Source: Alkanindiges illinoisensis DSM 15370 (GTDB lineage Bacteria; Pseudomonadota; Gammaproteobacteria; Pseudomonadales; Moraxellaceae). From it: 32,000 nt of DNA. The position numbers were made by a program, and so were the translations under genes. The notes under the pieces are model-generated. The model did no database searches. It worked only from the letters and a program-made list of their open reading frames with translations, and was not told where the DNA came from. Below, one piece after another: positions 27,239-32,000 of the stretch. How positions within the stretch are numbered: position 1 is the first letter of the stretch; each line of letters begins with the position of its first letter. The DNA is taken from positions 1,210,064 through 1,242,063 of the forward strand of contig NZ_JHUX01000003.1 in the NCBI RefSeq assembly GCF_000619845.1, given 5' to 3'.

Positions 27239-28297
27239 ATGAGTAGTTCACGTGATAATTTAGACAATATGGATCGCGACCAAATTAAGAATATGTCGGA
27301 TGAGGCGCGCGATGATTTAAATGCTGATCCGATTACTGGAGAACCAGGTTCTCATCCTGTAGGTACAGGCCTTGGTGCTGGCGGTGGCGCAGCTGCTGGT
27401 GCAGCTATTGGTGCAGTTGCCGGTCCAGTCGGTGCGATGGTTGGTGGCGTAATCGGTGCTATTGCCGGTGCAGCAGCAGGTCATGCCGCTGGCGAAGCCA
27501 TGAACCCAACAGAAGAAGAAGCCTACTGGCGCGAAAATTACACCAATACCTCATATTACAAGTCTGAAGCTAGTCAGCACCCAGACTTAAATTATGACCG
27601 TGATTACAGCACCGCCTACCGTGTAGGTTATGAAAACCGTGCTCATTACAACCAGACCCATCGCTTTGAAGATGCAGAAAATGATCTAAGCCGCAAATGG
27701 GATGAAGTCAAAGGTGAATCACGCCTGAAATGGGATCAAGCCAAACATGCTACCCGTGATGCGTGGGATCGTGCTACCAACCGCACGACTGGCAGCTATG
27801 ACACCACCCGTACCAATAATGATGATGATTTAAATGCTGATCCGATTACTGGTGAGCCAGGTTCTCATCCTGTAGGTACAGGTGTCGGTGGCGTTGGTGG
27901 TGCAGCCGCTGGCGCAGCAATTGGCTCTGCTGCTGGCCCAATTGGTACAGTAGTGGGTGGTGCGGTTGGTGCGGTCGCTGGTGGCGTAGCAGGTCATGCC
28001 GCTGGTGAAGCCATGAACCCAACTGAAGAAGATGCGTACTGGCGTAGCAATTACACCACAACGCCATACTATTCCAGCAACTCAGCAACCTATTCTGATC
28101 TGGACTATGACCGTGATTACAGCCCCGCCTATCGTCTGGGTTATGAAAACCGCGCGCGTTATGGCAACGATGCCCGTTTTGAAGATGCCGAGAGCGATCT
28201 GGGCCGTAGCTGGGATCAATTTAAAGGCGAATCCCGCCTGAAGTGGGAACAGGCCAAAGATGCAACCCGTGATGCATGGAACCGTGTTACTCATTAA
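27239..28297 (+). CDS. internally duplicated glycine-zipper protein (2 x ~171-aa modules), function unknown, possibly stress-related
   Basis: GGAG SD. Each module has LNADPITGEPGSHPVGTG, a ~45-aa Gly/Ala zipper, and a hydrophilic Tyr/Trp/Asp/Arg-rich domain (DYDRDY..AYR.GYENR...RLKW.QAK.ATRDAW.R). Confidence 0.8.
   Translation: MSSSRDNLDNMDRDQIKNMSDEARDDLNADPITGEPGSHPVGTGLGAGGGAAAGAAIGAVAGPVGAMVGGVIGAIAGAAAGHAAGEAMNPTEEEAYWRENYTNTSYYKSEASQHPDLNYDRDYSTAYRVGYENRAHYNQTHRFEDAENDLSRKWDEVKGESRLKWDQAKHATRDAWDRATNRTTGSYDTTRTNNDDDLNADPITGEPGSHPVGTGVGGVGGAAAGAAIGSAAGPIGTVVGGAVGAVAGGVAGHAAGEAMNPTEEDAYWRSNYTTTPYYSSNSATYSDLDYDRDYSPAYRLGYENRARYGNDARFEDAESDLGRSWDQFKGESRLKWEQAKDATRDAWNRVTH
27311..28294 (+). 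repeat. intragenic tandem duplication, period 513 nt
   Basis: GATGATTTAAATGCTGATCCGATTACTGG at 27311 recurs at 27824. The first ~60 nt of each unit are nearly identical. The remainder is about three-quarters identical at protein level by eye. Confidence 0.9.
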
Positions 28298-28308
28298 GTG
28301 CAACACAT

Positions 28309-28336
28309 AAAAAGCACCTTCGGGTGCTTTTTTTTA
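28309..28336 (+). terminator. rho-independent terminator
   Basis: AAAAGCACC-ttcg-GGTGCTTTTTTTT. Confidence 0.8.
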
Positions 28337-28390
28337 TAACTGCTATTCACTGGCTTACATAGCAATTACTGCAATTTAGGGATATGAAAT

Positions 28391-29038
28391 ATGTCATCGG
28401 TTGCCAACTGGATTAATGAGGTAATGCAACAGCTTGGCTATTTTGGTATTGCCCTGCTGATGTTTCTGGACAATGTATTCCCACCGATTCCTTCCGAACT
28501 GATTATGCCTGCGGCGGGTTTTACTGCGTCACAGGGTGAGCTAAATATTGTCGGTGTGATCATTGCCGGCAGCTGTGGCAGCATTCTGGCAGCGATCATG
28601 CTGTACTGGATTGGCCGGTTGCTGCATGAAGACCGCCTGACGTCATGGCTTGAGCGTCATGGGAAATGGCTATTTCTAAAACCGGATGACCTGAAAAAAG
28701 CCACTGGCTGGTTTAATCAGCATGGCCGCAAAATTGTATTTTTTGGCCGCATGGTGCCTGCCATACGTTCCATTATTAGTATTCCGGCGGGAATGTCACG
28801 GATGCCCTTTGGCTTGTTTCTGCTGTATACCAGCCTGGGTACGATCCTCTGGACCACTATTTTAGGACTGGCAGGTTTTTACCTAGGAAACAATATTGAA
28901 AAATTTTCGCACTGGTTATCCGGGATTGGCAATGTCATCGTTCTCGTTTTAGTCATTGCTGGTGGCTTTGCCATTCGTCGCTACTATAAACATAAAGGAC
29001 AGACTGACCAGCAGTCATCAAAAAAGGCATCAGCTTAA
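28391..29038 (+). CDS. DedA-family inner membrane protein
   Basis: LMFLDNVFPPIPSELIMPAAGF, the FFGRMVPAIRSIISIPAGM re-entrant motif and multiple TM helices are present. Confidence 0.9.
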   Translation: MSSVANWINEVMQQLGYFGIALLMFLDNVFPPIPSELIMPAAGFTASQGELNIVGVIIAGSCGSILAAIMLYWIGRLLHEDRLTSWLERHGKWLFLKPDDLKKATGWFNQHGRKIVFFGRMVPAIRSIISIPAGMSRMPFGLFLLYTSLGTILWTTILGLAGFYLGNNIEKFSHWLSGIGNVIVLVLVIAGGFAIRRYYKHKGQTDQQSSKKASA

Positions 29039-29079
29039 TTACTTTTTTAGTAGCAGGAGTCAGGTTAAAACATTAAAAA

Positions 29080-29139
29080 AATCAGGCCGCCAGACATGAC
29101 ATTAAGGTTAATCCATTAATCATGTGGCAGCCTGATTTT
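29080..29139. terminator. long imperfect hairpin, probable bidirectional terminator
   Basis: AATCAGGCCGCCAGACATGA pairs with TCATGTGGCAGCCTGATT, flanked by an A-run and a T-run, between convergent genes. Confidence 0.5.
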
Positions 29140-29193
29140 CAGGTTTTTATTTCATTGTTTTAGTTCAATATTTATCAATAAAAGCCTCAAACT

Positions 29194-29724
29194 TTATTCA
29201 TCAGGTGAATGATACAGCAAGTACAGCTTGGTCAGATTTTCCGGAATCTCTTCGGCCAGCTCATCCATCAGGTCACCATTGCGGCGAATGTTGTCCATTT
29301 CTGTTTCGCCTTCAATGCCACTAAAGACCATCATCGGCAGTGTCAGCATGATGATAGCCTCTTCATCAGCATCATCTACCTGAAACCATGCTTCATCATT
29401 TAAAAACAGTGCATCCACAAAACCCACGCTCCAGTCACCGAGGCTGGATTCTTCTGTAGCTTCCTCAATCTCAAATGGAAACTCAATAGTTTCTTCATTA
29501 ATCAGGGTTTGCTGAATATCTTCACGCCATAAGCGAATTTGCTCAATAATGTCTTTTCGAACCTTAGCTTCATTATTTTCAAACAACTGGCTTAGCCAGT
29601 CCTTGAGTTCCGGGCCCACCACACAGGCACATAAAAAACCATGCGTTGCTGCAAAATCCAGACCGTGCTCATTGTGTTCGCCATCCAGATAATCAGCCAG
29701 CAAATCCAAATCCAGCGTTGCCAT
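29194..29724 (-). CDS. UPF0149 family protein (YgfB / YecA N-domain-like)
   Basis: LDFAATHGFLCACVVGPE (the conserved HG..x..V.GP motif), an acidic C-terminal half, 176 aa from ATG 29724. The longer track start is a TTG with an unlikely hydrophobic leader. Confidence 0.6.
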   Translation of the reverse strand: MATLDLDLLADYLDGEHNEHGLDFAATHGFLCACVVGPELKDWLSQLFENNEAKVRKDIIEQIRLWREDIQQTLINEETIEFPFEIEEATEESSLGDWSVGFVDALFLNDEAWFQVDDADEEAIIMLTLPMMVFSGIEGETEMDNIRRNGDLMDELAEEIPENLTKLYLLYHSPDE

Positions 29725-30159
29725 ATCATTTAACCAGTCATTTAAAATTGTCCATATTGTGACATACAACCTCTGCAAACTTAAATATTAAAAACTGTGA
29801 ACGCTTGCTTACTGTCTTCAGTAAAGATGACACGTTAAGTCTTTCTCTTCTAATTGAAAATTGTTAGCTTTGATTTTTTAAACCAGAAAACTCAATGTCC
29901 CATTGTTGTAAGGTTTTTTTAAAGCGCTGAAGCTCATTTTGCGTTAAAACTGACAGAAACCATATCCGCCTTTTCTCCGCTTTATAATGTTATTACCTGT
30001 TCGATCTGGATAATTTATACCCGGTTAGCTACTGCCCAGAATCCTCTTTTTGCGCAAAAAATGGTACATTTCCAGTGCATCCTAGCTACTTTTATCCCAA
30101 CACCTGTTTTTATCATTCAAATTGAATTTTTAATATTCCATATATTTTTTAGGGGGTAA

Positions 30160-31353
30160 ATGATGGAACTCTCTATTGCCAAGATCGGTTTACTTTTAGT
30201 GATTGCTGCGTTCGTGGCCATGCTGGCACGCCGCTTTCATTTTCCTTATACCGTTGGCTTGTTGATTGCTGGCATTGGCATGGCATTTTTTCCATTTATT
30301 CCAACTATTGAACTCACCAAGGAACTGATTTTTACCGCGCTATTGCCACCGCTGATTTTTGAGGCTGCCTTGTTCCTGCCGTGGAAAGAACTCAAGCAGG
30401 TTATGCCTTCAACCATTAGCATTGCCAGTATTGGCCTGCTTTTCTCTGCCGTTGTAACCGGTTTAGGCATGTTTTACCTGCTGGACTGGCCCGTTTATGC
30501 AGCAGCCGTGTTTGGCGTGTTGATTGCGGCAACTGATCCGGTATCAGTCATTGCTACCTTTAAGGAAGCCGGGGTAAAAGGCAACCTGAAAATATTGGTT
30601 GAATCGGAAAGCCTGTTTAATGATGGCGTGGCTGCCGTGTTATTTGGTTTAGCCATTACGCTGACTTCATCCACCCAGACTATTAGTGTCGTCAGTATCG
30701 TGATGAACATGGGCTATGTGATTGGCGGTGGCTTGCTGGCAGGTATTGCTGTGGGAATAGTGGGCCTGTTCGTGCTTTCCAAGACAACCGATCACCTGAT
30801 TGAGCTGACCTTTACTGCCATTGGCGCCTATGGTTCCTTTATGCTAGCGGAGCATTTTCACTGCTCTGGTGTGCTGGCAACGCTAGCTACAGGTGTTATG
30901 GTCGGTAATCTGGGCCATATCAAGGCCATTTCTACCCGGGGCAATGAGGCTATTGAAAACTTCTGGGAATTTGCTGCATTTATTGCCAACTCCATTATTT
31001 TTTTATTGATTGGTGTTTATGAAGCCAAGCGATTTGACCTAAACCTGTTAATGGCATCAGTCTGTGCAATTGTGCTGGTACTGCTGGGGCGAATGGTAGC
31101 TATTTATCCGGTAGCTGCACTGTTTCGTAATACCCGATACCATATTCCAGCAACTTATCAGCATATTATGGTATGGGGCGGTTTGCGTGGTGCACTGGCT
31201 TTGGCGCTGGCGCTGGGTTTACCCAATGACATGGTGTACCGCTCACAGATCATTACCGTCACCTTTGTGGTGGTTGGTTTCTCAATTCTGGTACAGGGCA
31301 TTACCATCACTCCCCTGCTCAGGCGTTTTGGCATCCTGAAAACCAATAGCTAA
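30160..31353 (+). CDS. Na+/H+ (cation:proton) antiporter, CPA1/NhaP type, lacking a cytoplasmic tail
   Basis: About 11-12 TM helices, with IAATDPVSV (ATDP) and ESLFNDG signature motifs and a GGGGG SD. Confidence 0.85.
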   Translation: MMELSIAKIGLLLVIAAFVAMLARRFHFPYTVGLLIAGIGMAFFPFIPTIELTKELIFTALLPPLIFEAALFLPWKELKQVMPSTISIASIGLLFSAVVTGLGMFYLLDWPVYAAAVFGVLIAATDPVSVIATFKEAGVKGNLKILVESESLFNDGVAAVLFGLAITLTSSTQTISVVSIVMNMGYVIGGGLLAGIAVGIVGLFVLSKTTDHLIELTFTAIGAYGSFMLAEHFHCSGVLATLATGVMVGNLGHIKAISTRGNEAIENFWEFAAFIANSIIFLLIGVYEAKRFDLNLLMASVCAIVLVLLGRMVAIYPVAALFRNTRYHIPATYQHIMVWGGLRGALALALALGLPNDMVYRSQIITVTFVVVGFSILVQGITITPLLRRFGILKTNS

Positions 31354-31386
31354 AAAACGTCAGTGCTGGTGCTGTAAACCTCATAT

Positions 31387-31411
31387 TAAAAGCCGCATAA
31401 AGCGGCTTTTA
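31387..31411 (+). terminator. rho-independent terminator
   Basis: AAAAGCCGC-ataaa-GCGGCTTTT. Confidence 0.7.
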
Positions 31412-31519
31412 ATCGTTCTGTCTAACCAACTCCAAAACTGATACCAGATTAGGTTTGTATGCTATATCTGATGCCTCCTAGTCCTGAATTAGCCCAAGAA
31501 CAAGATTGCATGGACCAGA

Positions 31520-31732
31520 CTAAAAATCCTCGTCATCAATGTCATCAAAATCGTAATCAAGATCCTTGAGTTCACGTTGCAAACGACGCTCAGCCAGCAA
31601 GTCATCAATCAGGCGGCGTTTTAGCAGGGAATCCTTGGCACTGGCAGCCTTGCCTGCATTTTCATCCTCAAACGGCGCTTCTTCCTCAGTAAAGCTATCA
31701 TCCAACTCAAAATCCTGACCTGAACCAGACAT
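31520..31732 (-). CDS. small acidic protein (70 aa), resembling the PA3496-type putative envelope-integrity family
   Basis: A strong GGGGGAAG SD precedes the ATG. Acidic termini flank a basic helix, KRRLIDDLLAERRLQRELKDLDYDFDD, which is the pattern I recall for that family. Confidence 0.5.
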   Translation of the reverse strand: MSGSGQDFELDDSFTEEEAPFEDENAGKAASAKDSLLKRRLIDDLLAERRLQRELKDLDYDFDDIDDEDF

Positions 31733-32000
31733 AGCACTTCCCCCAAAAAAATTTTGTTCTGGCGGCTATTTATATCTGATCAAAAATAAAGTCAAGAAAT
31801 TTTTTTATGCTGTCTTAGCTTTAGCTGGCTGTCTATTGTTTTTCATCAGATTTAAAATAATATACCGATAGCTTTAACCCGGCCATTTAACAGGCAAACT
31901 AACGGGCTTTATTGCTGGGCAGTCCAGAGTACCGACTTGAAATATAAAAAATATCCCTCATATCGGCTATTATTGACAGCAGCTGATACTGATCACTGTA

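Noticed and set aside
27846-28306. Minus-strand ORFs (27846..28088, 28082..28306) and a plus-strand ORF at 28032..28241 lie inside the Gly-zipper gene.
   Set aside because: These are shadow frames of a repetitive GC-richer coding region. The plus-strand main frame is supported by an SD, a terminator and the internal duplication.

Overview
This 32-kb chromosomal window is about 45% G+C in sampled lines. Its gene content looks like a Moraxellaceae or Acinetobacter-type gammaproteobacterium, which is an inference from gene content only. I support about 29 protein-coding genes, most of them housekeeping. In order they are: a 5'-truncated alpha/beta hydrolase, a conserved unknown, a YbjN-like protein, a fadH plus NTF2-like operon divergent from a PadR regulator, nfuA, a rhomboid protease, a Cys-type arylsulfatase with its formylglycine-generating enzyme, a PiT-family phosphate transporter, a lipase-like hydrolase, metH, vapBC, an AT-rich orphan gene, def, an SRPBCC-like protein, an FKBP isomerase, a secreted unknown, yaeQ, a PadR plus siderophore-interacting reductase operon, an FMN riboswitch with ribB, a DUF1289 protein, trhO/yceA, an internally duplicated glycine-zipper protein, a DedA protein, a UPF0149 protein, an NhaP-type antiporter and a small acidic protein. 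I saw no rRNA, tRNA, CRISPR array, transposase or integrase. The clearest accessory signal is a small island between the core genes metH and def. It holds a VapBC toxin-antitoxin pair followed by a very AT-rich 380-aa orphan gene with a C-terminal 4-Cys zinc ribbon, which I flag as the best candidate for an undescribed, probably defence-type function. Other regulatory observations are twin palindromic operators in the fadH/padR divergent promoter, a three-repeat Pho box ahead of the PiT transporter, an FMN riboswitch with a long C-rich leader, and several repeat or palindrome clusters in AT-rich intergenic regions. All functional calls come from motif recognition by eye, since no searches were run.
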